From Oscillospiraceae bacterium (GTDB lineage: Bacteria > Bacillota > Clostridia > Oscillospirales > Acutalibacteraceae): a DNA stretch of 45,532 nt. The stretch covers positions 1-45,532 of the forward strand of contig SVOU01000001.1 of NCBI GenBank assembly GCA_015066215.1, written 5' to 3'. Positions 13,425 to 22,250 of this stretch are shown one piece after another (positions within the stretch are counted from its first letter, which is position 1; each line of letters begins with the position of its first letter). Position numbers and translations under genes: made by a program. The notes beneath the pieces were generated by a model. It made no database searches. It worked only from the letters and a program-made list of their open reading frames with translations, and was not told the origin of the DNA.

Positions 13425-14939
13425 TTAAAATTGGAAGTAGAGGAACGGGTTGTAGCTGTCGCCCACCAGCGTCATGGTGGAGAGAAGCAGCAGCATCGGC
13501 GGGAATACCACCTGTGCGGTGGACAGCGCGGACATCGCGAGTCCCGACGACAGGCAGCGTTTTTCCAGCCACGCGCGGGTCTTGGTGACCAGCGGGGTGA
13601 CCGCCAAGATCGCCAGCGGCAAAAACAGGGCGTATTGCGCCCACATCTGCGCGGCTTCAAAGCCGCCCCATGCGTTGCCGTTGAGCCCAAACAGACCGCC
13701 CGCCACCGTCAGGCAGACGGACATATCCTTGAAGCGGAACAAGATCCAGCCGAACAGCACGATGATGAGGGTGTAGATACGGCCGATGAAGGCGGGGATC
13801 TTCGCAAGCAATTTGCCGAGGAACAGGCGTTCCACCGCCAAGAATACGAAGTAGTACAGTCCCCACAGCACGAAGTTCCAGCTCGCGCCGTGCCACAGAC
13901 CTGTCAGTCCCCACACGACCAGCATATTGAGCAGGGTGCGCCCGAGCCCTTTGCGGTTGCCGCCCAGCGGAATATACACGTAGTCGCGGAAGAAGGTGGA
14001 CAGCGACATATGCCACCGCCGCCAGAAATCCTGCACCGAGCGGGCGGTGTAGGGATAGTTGAAGTTTTCTTTGTAGTGGAAGCCGACCATCTTGCCCATA
14101 CCGATCGCCATATCGGAATAGGCGGAGAAGTCGAGATAGATCTGCAACATATAGGCGATGACGCCCAGCCACAGCATCGCGGCGGGTTGGGCGGCGAGCT
14201 TGGCTTGGTTTTCGGCGAGCAAGTCGGGGTTTGCGAGGGTGGCGTCGCTCAACAGCGCGGCGTCGGCGATCTTGCCGCAGACGTTGGCGAGCATCGCTTT
14301 TTTCGCCAAGCCCGTGGCAAAGCGGGTGATGCCGCTGCCGATATCCGAGCGGTTGACTTTGCGCATCACGATCTCGTTGGCGACGTCCTGATAGCGCACG
14401 ATGGGGCCCGCCACGCACTGGTGGAACAGGCTCACGTAAAGCAGCACGTAGAAAAAGTTGCGCTGGGGTGCGACTTCGCCGCGATAGACGTCGATGACGT
14501 AGGTGAGTGCCTGGAAGGTGTAAAACGAGATGCCGATGGGCAGCGCGATTTTGGGAATGATCTCGGGGATACCGAACAGCGACTGCAACGTGGTGGCGAC
14601 AAAGCCCGTGTATTTGAACACCGCCAGAGCGCCGAGCGTGGACACACAGGCGAGCAGCATAAACAGCCGCTTGCCGCCCTTGGTGCGGCTTTTTTCCACG
14701 GCGAGGGCGCACAGATAGTCCACCAGCGCGACGCCTATGAGCAGGAAAAGATATTTCGGTTCACCCCACGCATAAAACAGCAGGGAAAACAGGAGCAGTA
14801 CGGTGTTTTGCGCACGAATACCGCGAAACAGCAGACAAAACAGCAAACAGCCCGTGAAAAACATGTACAGGAACAGCAATTCCGAAAAAACCACGCGTTT
14901 TAGCCCCCTCAAATTCGACACTTTTCGATACAGAACCAT
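13425..14939 (-). CDS. MBOAT family O-acyltransferase (AlgI/DltB-like)
   Basis: Polytopic membrane ORF with FYAWGEPKY, FYTFQALTYVIDVYRG, the RFATGLAKK region and FWRRWHMSLSTFFRDYVYIPLGGNR (conserved His). The start is uncertain: ATG 14939 is chosen, but GTG 14894 (VVFSELLFLY, GAGGGGG SD) is an alternative. Confidence 0.88.
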   Translation of the reverse strand: MVLYRKVSNLRGLKRVVFSELLFLYMFFTGCLLFCLLFRGIRAQNTVLLLFSLLFYAWGEPKYLFLLIGVALVDYLCALAVEKSRTKGGKRLFMLLACVSTLGALAVFKYTGFVATTLQSLFGIPEIIPKIALPIGISFYTFQALTYVIDVYRGEVAPQRNFFYVLLYVSLFHQCVAGPIVRYQDVANEIVMRKVNRSDIGSGITRFATGLAKKAMLANVCGKIADAALLSDATLANPDLLAENQAKLAAQPAAMLWLGVIAYMLQIYLDFSAYSDMAIGMGKMVGFHYKENFNYPYTARSVQDFWRRWHMSLSTFFRDYVYIPLGGNRKGLGRTLLNMLVVWGLTGLWHGASWNFVLWGLYYFVFLAVERLFLGKLLAKIPAFIGRIYTLIIVLFGWILFRFKDMSVCLTVAGGLFGLNGNAWGGFEAAQMWAQYALFLPLAILAVTPLVTKTRAWLEKRCLSSGLAMSALSTAQVVFPPMLLLLSTMTLVGDSYNPFLYFQF

Positions 14940-15008
14940 TATAACACTCCCTGTCCCGCTATGCAATAGCAAAAAATGCTGTTTGCGCGGGGACTGTCGC
15001 ACGGGCTG

Positions 15009-15038
15009 TTGACTTTTTGGCAGTTTTCGGTATATAAT
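15009..15038 (+). promoter_or_regulatory. Candidate sigma-A promoter of the LysR gene
   Basis: TTGACT (15009-15014), an 18-nt spacer, then TATAAT (15033-15038). A second TGTATAAT lies at about 15045-15052. Confidence 0.5.
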
Positions 15039-15074
15039 AGGTTTTGTATAATTTCAAGAAAGGGGGGACTCCTT

Positions 15075-15992
15075 TTGAACATCACCCATTTGCGGTATGC
15101 CGCAGAGGTGGGGCGCACGGGCTCTATCTCGCAGGCGGCAGAAAATTTGGGGGTGGGACAGCCCAATTTGAGCAAGGCGCTTAAAGAGCTGGAAGCCAAA
15201 TTGGGGGTGGCGTTATTCACCCGTACCTCGCGCGGCGCGGTGCCGACCCCACAGGGGCAAGCGTTGTTGCAACAGGCAAACGCGCTGCTCTCACAACTGG
15301 ACGAATTGGAGTCCCTGTTTGCGTCACCGCAGGAGCATCCCACCCTGACGGTTGCGGCAACGCCTTCCCCGCTGCTTGCGCCCGCTCTCGCCGAAACGGC
15401 GGTGCGGCTGGGCATTGAGGCGGGTATCGCGATGACGGCGGCGGACAAGGACGAGGTGCTGCGCGCAGTAGCCGAGGGCGCCGACGGCGGTCTTGTGCGC
15501 TGTACGGTACAGGAAGCGGCGGCGTTGACCGCCCGCGCGCAAGGGTTGGGGCTGACCGTGCAAATATGGCGGCAAGCCGCTCCCGTGGTCATTTTCTCCC
15601 GCTCACACCCGCTGGCACAAAGTCACCCGCTGGTATATCCCGAGTTGACGGTATATCCGCGGCTTTCGGACGGCGACCGCTTGCCGACACTGCCTGACGG
15701 CAAGTTAAAGCACGCGTCCGCCGCGCCCGACCGCCTGCCCGTTTGTCAGATCGACGACGCGGCGGTACGTCTTATGATGCTCGGACGGCGCACGCAGACC
15801 TATTGCTTTGACGAGCCGCTGCCGCCGCTCTTGCTCTCGCCTCACGATCTGTGTGCGCGAAAAGCGGTCGGTATTGTGGGCGATCGCGTCACCTTGTGGG
15901 TGGCGCGTGAGGCGCAAACGGCCTTGGCGGATGCTTTGCACGCGGTTTTGGACGATCTGTGGCGGCAAGCTGATGCCGCCGTTACCTCTTGA
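15075..15992 (+). CDS. LysR family transcriptional regulator
   Basis: From TTG 15075 (AAAGGGGGG SD 7 nt upstream): MNITHLRYAAEVGRTGSISQAAENLGVGQPNLSKALKELEAKLGVALFTRTSRG is the LysR winged-HTH signature. It is divergent from the MBOAT-DHHW operon. Confidence 0.85.
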   Translation: MNITHLRYAAEVGRTGSISQAAENLGVGQPNLSKALKELEAKLGVALFTRTSRGAVPTPQGQALLQQANALLSQLDELESLFASPQEHPTLTVAATPSPLLAPALAETAVRLGIEAGIAMTAADKDEVLRAVAEGADGGLVRCTVQEAAALTARAQGLGLTVQIWRQAAPVVIFSRSHPLAQSHPLVYPELTVYPRLSDGDRLPTLPDGKLKHASAAPDRLPVCQIDDAAVRLMMLGRRTQTYCFDEPLPPLLLSPHDLCARKAVGIVGDRVTLWVAREAQTALADALHAVLDDLWRQADAAVTS

Positions 15993-16012
15993 TGATGAAA
16001 AGGAGTGTTGTT

Positions 16013-18985
16013 ATGAAAGCACTTAACTCCGAGCGCGTGATGCGCGGTGTGTTTTGGACGGTGCTGATCCTGGCACTGGTGGTGCTGTTTGCTATGGTGC
16101 TCGTCGCGGGCGACGACAGCCAAGAGATCTCGCTGCAAAGTATTCTGTTCCCCGTGGAGATCGGTATTTTGCTGGGCGGGTTGGGCTTTTTCGTGTATCA
16201 CCAATTCACCGCCACCGAAAAGCGCGAGCGTCCCGTATGGTTTTTCCCGCTGATGGCGGGGCTGTTGGGGCTTTTGTGTATGGTGACCGCCTATACCCAG
16301 CTCGGTATGTGGCCGGCGGGCACCCGCACGGGTATGATCGTGGATATGCACCACCAATACGCCCCTCTGCTGGCGCAGTTGCGGGACGAGCTGTTGGATT
16401 TTGACCTCGCTTTTTATGATTTTGAGGTGGGTCTGGGCACGAGCTTTTTGCCGCTTTTTGGCTATTATCTCGCCAGCCCCTTTAATCTTTTGCTGCTCCT
16501 CTTCCCCGAGCATCTGCTGTGCGAGGGCATTTTGACCGTCACCCTCATCAAAAACGCGCTGGCGGCGGCGTTTATGGCGGCGTTGTTGCAATATCTGTTC
16601 CGCCGTCGTGATTTCACGGTGCTTATCGGCGGTGTGATGTATTCGCTGTCAATGTATTTCCTCGCCTATTCGTGGAACATTATGTGGCTTGACTGCCTGA
16701 TGATGTTGCCGCTGGTGATCATCGGCTTTGAGCGGCTGGTCAAGCAAGGGCGCTACGGTATGTACGTGCTGACGCTCGCCTACACGCTTTACGCCAACTA
16801 CTATATCGGCTTTATGGTGTGCATCTTCTTGGTGCTTTACTATTTCTTCTATCTTGGGCGGCAACGGCACGCCGCGGGGGCTGTGGGCAACAGTATGGTG
16901 CGGTTTGGTATCGGCTCGTTGCTCGCGGGCGGTTTGGCGGCGTTTTTGATCGTGCCCGTGTATCTGTCCCTGTCTGCTACTTCGGCGGCGGGCGGCACGA
17001 TGCCCGATCAGCTGTCGGCGACCTTCCCCACCCTCGGTATGTTTGAGCAGTTGCTGTTCGGCACCGTTCCCACCATCCGCTCGGGCAATCTGCCCAACGT
17101 CTATTGCGGTATTCTGGCGGTGGTGCTGGTGCCCGTCTATCTGACCACCGCGGCCATTCCGCTGCGGCGGCGCGTGGCGATGGGTTGCCTGCTCACAGCG
17201 GTCACCCTTTCTGCCCCGCTCAATATCCCCGACCTTATCTGGCACGGTCTGCACGCGCCCAACGATCTGCCTTACCGTTTCTCCTTCCTCATCTCCTTCG
17301 TGCTGATTCTGATGGCGTATGAAACGGTCACCCACCTGTCCGCGGTCAAGCCGCGTCAACTGCTGTTCTCGGCGACGGGCGTAGGCTTGCTGATTTTGGT
17401 GCTGGAACGCCTCAATGCCGTGGAAGCGATGACCGACGCCAAAAAAGCGGGCGATCTGCCTTTTGTGTCGGTGTACGTGAGTTTGATCTTGGTGGCGGTC
17501 TACGCCGCGGTGCTGATGGCGATCCGCCGCAAGAAAATGGTGCTGCGCGGCGGCGTGGCGCTCTTGCTGCTCATCGTCACCACCGAACTGACCCTCAATG
17601 CGGGGCTGACCTTTGAAACGCTCAACAAAAACGAATATTTCACCGCGCACAACAGCTACGTGGACAACGTGGAGACCGACGCCTACAAAATGGCGGTGGA
17701 GCGCGCCAAGGAGATCGGCGAAAAGGACTATCCCGACGATTTCTACCGCTTGGAGTTCTTGCCGCGCCGCACCTGTGTGGACACTGCGCTGTATCACTAC
17801 AAGGGTATCACCACCTTTGCGTCGAGCAACGCCTATGAGCCGACCCGCCTGATGGGGGCGATGGGCTATGCGATCAACGGCGTCAACAGCTATCTCTACC
17901 GCGATTTCGCGCCCGCGACCGACGCGCTGTTGGGTATTCGCTACGTGATACTTGACCACCAGCCTGACGACAAACCGCAGCTTATCTACAAAGATACCGT
18001 CACCGCCGAGCGTGTGACGGACGACGGTTACACCGCCACCAAGACGCTGTATATCTATGAAAATACGGCGGCGTTGCCCGTGGCTTTTGCCACCGACGCG
18101 GCGGTGCGCGATTTCTATTACAGCTATTACGATCCGTTTGGCACCATCAACGATCTGTACCGTGCCTTTAACGGCAACAACAGCAGTTCGTCGCTCTTTG
18201 ACTGCGCACAGATCTTTGCTGACGGTGATGGCTACGTCAACGGCACCTACGGCTTCCAGATCAACGGCGGCGGCAGCTGCACCTTCACGGCGGATATTGA
18301 GCGTGCGGGACAATATTTCCTCTATGCCGATTGCCGCGCCGCCTCGTCGATCGACGTGTCCAGCAGCACGAACAGCTGGTCCGTGACCCCGTACGAGCCC
18401 TATATCATCAACGCGGGCGAGCTTGTTGAGGGCGACACCATCTCTTTCACCGTCAACTGTGACGGCACCGCCACCGGCAACCTCTACGTGGCGCGCTTGG
18501 ACGAGGAGCTGTTCCTCGCCACCAACGCATCCTTGCAACAGAGCGGGTTACAGATCACCGATTGGTCGGATACCCGCATTGAGGGTACGCTCACCGCGCA
18601 AGAAAACGGCAGCGTGATGACCTCCATCGTCTATGACGAAAACTGGATGGTGCTGGTTGACGGACAGCGTGTGGAGACCTTTGCGGTCGGCAACGGCTTC
18701 GTCGGCTTTGACGTCACGGCGGGCAAACACGAGATCACCCTGATGTTCGTTCCCACCCCCTTCTTTATCGGTTTGCTCATCAGCGGCGTGTGTCTGATCA
18801 TCCTCCTGCTGCTTATGTGGCTGCGCCGCCGTATGGATAAGGCGGCAAAGGCGGCTCCCGTGCCGCTGGCGGTTTTGGCAGAAAACGCCGCGCCCGTGGA
18901 AGCGGTTGAGCCTGCGGAAGCGGCAGAGCCTGCGGAAGCAGTTGAGCCTGCACCGTCTGCGGATGCGCCGCAAGCGGAAGAATAA
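16013..18985 (+). CDS. YfhO family membrane protein (lipid-linked glycosyltransferase-like)
   Basis: 990 aa from ATG 16013 (AAAGGAG SD 7 nt upstream). Family-typical HHQYAPLLAQLRDEL...GLGTSFLPLFGYYLASPFNLLLLLFP...LIKNALAAAF, many TM helices, and a large C-terminal ectodomain plus a final TM. Confidence 0.85.
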   Translation: MKALNSERVMRGVFWTVLILALVVLFAMVLVAGDDSQEISLQSILFPVEIGILLGGLGFFVYHQFTATEKRERPVWFFPLMAGLLGLLCMVTAYTQLGMWPAGTRTGMIVDMHHQYAPLLAQLRDELLDFDLAFYDFEVGLGTSFLPLFGYYLASPFNLLLLLFPEHLLCEGILTVTLIKNALAAAFMAALLQYLFRRRDFTVLIGGVMYSLSMYFLAYSWNIMWLDCLMMLPLVIIGFERLVKQGRYGMYVLTLAYTLYANYYIGFMVCIFLVLYYFFYLGRQRHAAGAVGNSMVRFGIGSLLAGGLAAFLIVPVYLSLSATSAAGGTMPDQLSATFPTLGMFEQLLFGTVPTIRSGNLPNVYCGILAVVLVPVYLTTAAIPLRRRVAMGCLLTAVTLSAPLNIPDLIWHGLHAPNDLPYRFSFLISFVLILMAYETVTHLSAVKPRQLLFSATGVGLLILVLERLNAVEAMTDAKKAGDLPFVSVYVSLILVAVYAAVLMAIRRKKMVLRGGVALLLLIVTTELTLNAGLTFETLNKNEYFTAHNSYVDNVETDAYKMAVERAKEIGEKDYPDDFYRLEFLPRRTCVDTALYHYKGITTFASSNAYEPTRLMGAMGYAINGVNSYLYRDFAPATDALLGIRYVILDHQPDDKPQLIYKDTVTAERVTDDGYTATKTLYIYENTAALPVAFATDAAVRDFYYSYYDPFGTINDLYRAFNGNNSSSSLFDCAQIFADGDGYVNGTYGFQINGGGSCTFTADIERAGQYFLYADCRAASSIDVSSSTNSWSVTPYEPYIINAGELVEGDTISFTVNCDGTATGNLYVARLDEELFLATNASLQQSGLQITDWSDTRIEGTLTAQENGSVMTSIVYDENWMVLVDGQRVETFAVGNGFVGFDVTAGKHEITLMFVPTPFFIGLLISGVCLIILLLLMWLRRRMDKAAKAAPVPLAVLAENAAPVEAVEPAEAAEPAEAVEPAPSADAPQAEE
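18896..18949 (+). repeat. 3 x 18-bp tandem repeat inside the YfhO 3' end
   Basis: GTGGAAGCGGTTGAGCCT / GCGGAAGCGGCAGAGCCT / GCGGAAGCAGTTGAGCCT, encoding VEAVEP-AEAAEP-AEAVEP in the cytoplasmic tail. Confidence 0.8.
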
Positions 18986-18998
18986 GCGATATAAGCAA

Positions 18999-19030
18999 AG
19001 CGTTCCTGTCGGTGACAGGAACGCTTTTTT
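18999..19030 (+). terminator. Intrinsic terminator after the YfhO gene
   Basis: 12-bp stem AGCGTTCCTGTC / GACAGGAACGCT, 3-nt loop, then TTTTTT. Confidence 0.85.
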
Positions 19031-19104
19031 ATGTGAGATGTTCGTGCGTTGCAGAGTGCGACATTTTGCGCCAAATCATTATCGCGCGCCTGCGGGAGGC
19101 GAAA

Positions 19105-19240
19105 CGCCGTCCCCTACAATGTAATTGCGACCTATCGCCCGTGATTTGTAGGGCGCGACGTCCTCGACGCGCCGCATCGCTACCTGACAATCCCTCCGTC
19201 ACGCTGCGCGTGCCACCTCTCCTTGCATACGGGAAACGCC
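19105..19240 (+). repeat. Intergenic repeat block R3
   Basis: CCCCTACAA (19111-19119), TGTAGGGCGCGACGTCCTCGACGCGCCG (19147-19174) and a degenerate double-hairpin module (TCCCTCCGTCACGCTGCGCGTGCCACCTCTCC..., about 19190-19235). It abuts the ABC exporter stop codon. Confidence 0.8.
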
Positions 19241-19241
19241 G

Positions 19242-21194
19242 TTATATATACTGCTCGTCGGTTGCGAAGGCGGCGTGGGAGGGCGGCGGGGGCGGGGGTG
19301 CGTCCTCACCGTGGGGATGCGGACGGTGGCGCGGCTCTTTTTGCTGTTCGAGCGGGCGCAAAAACTGCGTTTCATACAGCTCGCGATAGTGCGGGCTTGC
19401 TTTCAGCAGGTCGGCGTGGGTGCCGCGCGCGACCACTTGGCCTTCGTCCAGCACCAATATCTCATCCGCCGACAACACGGTGGACAGGCGGTGCGCCACC
19501 ACCAGAGCGGTGCGGTTTTCGAGTAAGGGGCGGATCGCTTCCTGAATCTGGCTTTCGGAGATGGAGTCGAGCGACGAGGTCGCTTCGTCCAGCACCAGAA
19601 TGGGCGGGTCTTTGAGTATCACGCGGGCAAGCGACACGCGCTGTTTTTCGCCGCCCGAAAGCTTGAGCCCGCGGTTGCCTACAACGGTGTCATAGCCGTC
19701 GGGCAAACTCATAATGAAATCGTGGATATTCGCTTTGCGGCACGCCTCCATCATCTCTTGCTCGGTGGCGTCCTCTTTGGCATAGAGCAGATTGGCGCGC
19801 ACGGTATCGTTGAACAGATAGGTGTCCTGCGTGACCATACCGACGCTTTGGCGAAGCGCCGCAAGGCGTATATCCCGCAGGTCGGTGCCGTCCACCGTCA
19901 CGCGACCGCCCGTGACGTCATAAAGGCGCGGAATGAGGCTGATAAGGGTACTTTTGCCCGCACCCGACGCGCCGACGATGGCGAGCGTTTTGCCCGATTC
20001 CACCGTGAAGCTGACCTCATTGAGGGTGGTCTTGTCCTCGTTATAGGCGAAGGTGACGCGTTCAAACGCCAAGTCTCCCTTGATATGATCGGGGGTGACG
20101 GCGTCGGGGCGGTCGACGATCTCGGGTTCCATATCGAGATACGAGAATATACGCGCGAACAGCGCGAGCGAGCGAGTGACGTCGACGCTGATGTTGAGCA
20201 GCTGGTCAACGGGGCGGAACATACGGTTTAAAAGCGCCACCATCGTGGTGATGCCGCCCACCGTCATCGCGGGGCCGATATCCCAGCGGAGCATCAACAC
20301 GCCGCCCACCAGATACATAAGCAGCGGACCGATGCCGATAAAGGTGCTGATCGCCATGTGGAACCAGCCGTGGGCGATGGTTTCTTTGATGCTCAAATTG
20401 CGGGTTTCGCCGTTGACGGTGTGATAGCGTTCATATTCGCTGTCCTCTTTGCAAAAGAGTTTGACGAGCAGTTGCCCGCTCACGCTCATCGTTTCGTTGA
20501 GGATCTGGCTGGTTTCGTCCCATTTTTCCTGCGTGCGCGAGGCAATCTTCCAGCGATAACGCCCCACGATGCGGGCGGGCAGCACGAAAAACGGCAGAAG
20601 CAGTACGCCGACGGTCGCCAGCACCCAGTGGATGCGATACATCGCGACCAGCGAGGTGACCAGCACCGCGATATTGGCAAGCAGTCCCGTCATCGTGCTG
20701 CTGATGACCGATTGCACGCCGCCGATGTCGCTCGTCATACGGGTGATGAGCTCGCCCTGCGGCTGGTTGGTGTAAAACCGATGGGACATTTGCGACAGGT
20801 GACGGTACATCTCGTTTTTCATATCGTAGGAGATATTTTGTGCGATGTAGGCGTTAAGATAGCTTTGGAATATGCTGATGAGGTTGGACGCGAGCACCAC
20901 GCAAAGCGAGATAATCACCAGTTGCACCAGCATCGCATAGTTGCCCGCGACAAGACCGTCGTCAATCATTTTGCCCGTCAGCATCGACGGCAAAAGTCCC
21001 AGTCCAGCGGAGATGAGGATGATCACCATCACCAGCAAGACGCGTTTCCAATAGGGCTTGAGATAGGACAAAATGCGGCGCACCAGCGGTCCCGTCAGTT
21101 TGGGGCGTTGGGCTTTTTCTTCGTCGGTCAGCGGGCGGCGTCTGCCAGGCCCGCCGCCACCCCGAAATGCCGGGGGCGGTCCCATTCCGTTCAT
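19242..21194 (-). CDS. ABC transporter ATP-binding/permease fusion (MsbA/exporter type)
   Basis: 650 aa with an N-terminal 6-TM domain, Walker A GASGAGKST, signature LSGGEKQR and Walker B ILVLDEATS. It ends in a Pro/His-rich C-terminal tail. AAGGAGG SD 7 nt upstream. Confidence 0.92.
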   Translation of the reverse strand: MNGMGPPPAFRGGGGPGRRRPLTDEEKAQRPKLTGPLVRRILSYLKPYWKRVLLVMVIILISAGLGLLPSMLTGKMIDDGLVAGNYAMLVQLVIISLCVVLASNLISIFQSYLNAYIAQNISYDMKNEMYRHLSQMSHRFYTNQPQGELITRMTSDIGGVQSVISSTMTGLLANIAVLVTSLVAMYRIHWVLATVGVLLLPFFVLPARIVGRYRWKIASRTQEKWDETSQILNETMSVSGQLLVKLFCKEDSEYERYHTVNGETRNLSIKETIAHGWFHMAISTFIGIGPLLMYLVGGVLMLRWDIGPAMTVGGITTMVALLNRMFRPVDQLLNISVDVTRSLALFARIFSYLDMEPEIVDRPDAVTPDHIKGDLAFERVTFAYNEDKTTLNEVSFTVESGKTLAIVGASGAGKSTLISLIPRLYDVTGGRVTVDGTDLRDIRLAALRQSVGMVTQDTYLFNDTVRANLLYAKEDATEQEMMEACRKANIHDFIMSLPDGYDTVVGNRGLKLSGGEKQRVSLARVILKDPPILVLDEATSSLDSISESQIQEAIRPLLENRTALVVAHRLSTVLSADEILVLDEGQVVARGTHADLLKASPHYRELYETQFLRPLEQQKEPRHRPHPHGEDAPPPPPPSHAAFATDEQYI

Positions 21195-21230
21195 ATTTTT
21201 GCCTCCTTTGCGAGGGTGTGTCTGCGTTTT

Positions 21231-21273
21231 TAGTTAACGCGTTAACTATATCACGCCTGTGCGGCTGTGTCAA
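21231..21273 (-). promoter_or_regulatory. Promoter of the ABC exporter with an overlapping 18-bp perfect palindrome (operator candidate)
   Basis: The minus strand reads TTGACA (21273-21268), a 17-nt spacer, then TATAGT (21250-21245). The palindrome TAGTTAACGCGTTAACTA (21231-21248) overlaps the -10 and the start-site region. Confidence 0.65.
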
Positions 21274-21356
21274 CCGTTTGCCGAAAGTTTGCCAAAGGGG
21301 TTGCGAGCGGGGACGGGGCATCCCACAAACGTTGACTGTTAGGTGGAAATTGTGAT

Positions 21357-21445
21357 TGTAGGGCGCAACATCCTTGACGCGCCGTTTTTTGTCCCCTCAT
21401 CCGCCTCGTTGCACTCGGCACCTTCCCCACCAGGGGGAAGGCAAG
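21357..21445 (+). repeat. Intergenic repeat block R4
   Basis: TGTAGGGCGCAACATCCTTGACGCGCCG followed by a double-hairpin module at 21393-21445 (CCTTCCCC/GGGGAAGG stem, GGCAAG end). Confidence 0.8.
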
Positions 21446-21493
21446 AAGGTGGGAGTGGAGATGTGAGAAAATGCCGCTTTGTGTCCCTTTACG

Positions 21494-21519
21494 CAAAAAG
21501 CCTCCCTATTGGGAGACTT
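21494..21519 (-). terminator. Intrinsic terminator after the GNAT gene
   Basis: The minus strand reads AGTCTCCC-AATA-GGGAGGCT followed by TTTTT (one G-U pair in the stem). Confidence 0.6.
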
Positions 21520-21527
21520 TTCATATT

Positions 21528-22250
21528 TCACACCCGTTCACCGCAAAAAAGGGTGTCGGTTTCCACCGCACCCCAACGGCGATAGAGCGCGTCGGCGGCG
21601 GGGGTTTTCGGGATGATGAGGGCTTGTTTGCCCGCGCGTTGCAGGTCACCTGCGAGCGCTGACACCAGCGCGCGGGCATAGCCCTTGCCGCGACTTTGCG
21701 GCAAGGTGGCCACGCCGCCGACGATACCGACCTTGTCGGTGGTCAGGGTGACGAGTGCGGCGCTCACAAGGGTGTCGCCTTCGTAAATCCCCGCCGCTTT
21801 GCCGCAACCGTGGCGCAGACGGTGGGACATATCCGTATACCACTCCGCAAAAGGGGGCATCGCCGCGCCGAACACCGCTTGCTCGACGGCATAGACCTCC
21901 GAAAGCGGTGGGGTGACGGCGTCGCCCGCACTTTTTGGCAGTTGCAAAACGGGGCGCGGCGTGAACGCATAGTTTTCGCCCAGCGCGGCGGCAAGGGCGG
22001 CGTCGGTTTCCACCTGTGCCGCTTGGGGGAGCATTTGGATAAAGCACGCCCACTCGTCGGCGGCGGTGGCGGACACGTCCGCCATCACGCAACCCGACAG
22101 GCACGCCGCAAATCCGCCGTTATCGTCCGTCCAAAAGGGCAAAAAGTCATAGTCCGCACCGTAGGCCAAAAACAGCCCGTGGATCTTGTGTCCCGCCGTC
22201 GAGCGCGGACACAGCGCGGTCATATCCGCGGCGGTGGCTTTTCTGATCAT
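21528..22250 (-). CDS. GNAT family N-acetyltransferase
   Basis: 240 aa. The C-terminal half has the acetyl-CoA motif VATLPQSRGKGYARALVSAL. The start overlaps the upstream stop in an ATGA arrangement (22247-22250). Confidence 0.7.
   Translation of the reverse strand: MIRKATAADMTALCPRSTAGHKIHGLFLAYGADYDFLPFWTDDNGGFAACLSGCVMADVSATAADEWACFIQMLPQAAQVETDAALAAALGENYAFTPRPVLQLPKSAGDAVTPPLSEVYAVEQAVFGAAMPPFAEWYTDMSHRLRHGCGKAAGIYEGDTLVSAALVTLTTDKVGIVGGVATLPQSRGKGYARALVSALAGDLQRAGKQALIIPKTPAADALYRRWGAVETDTLFCGERV

Noticed and set aside
14966-14982. Dyad ATAGCA-N5-TGCTGT as a definite LysR box
   Set aside because: It is imperfect, is not a clean T-N11-A motif, and occurs only once. It is mentioned only as a candidate within the envelope-module finding.
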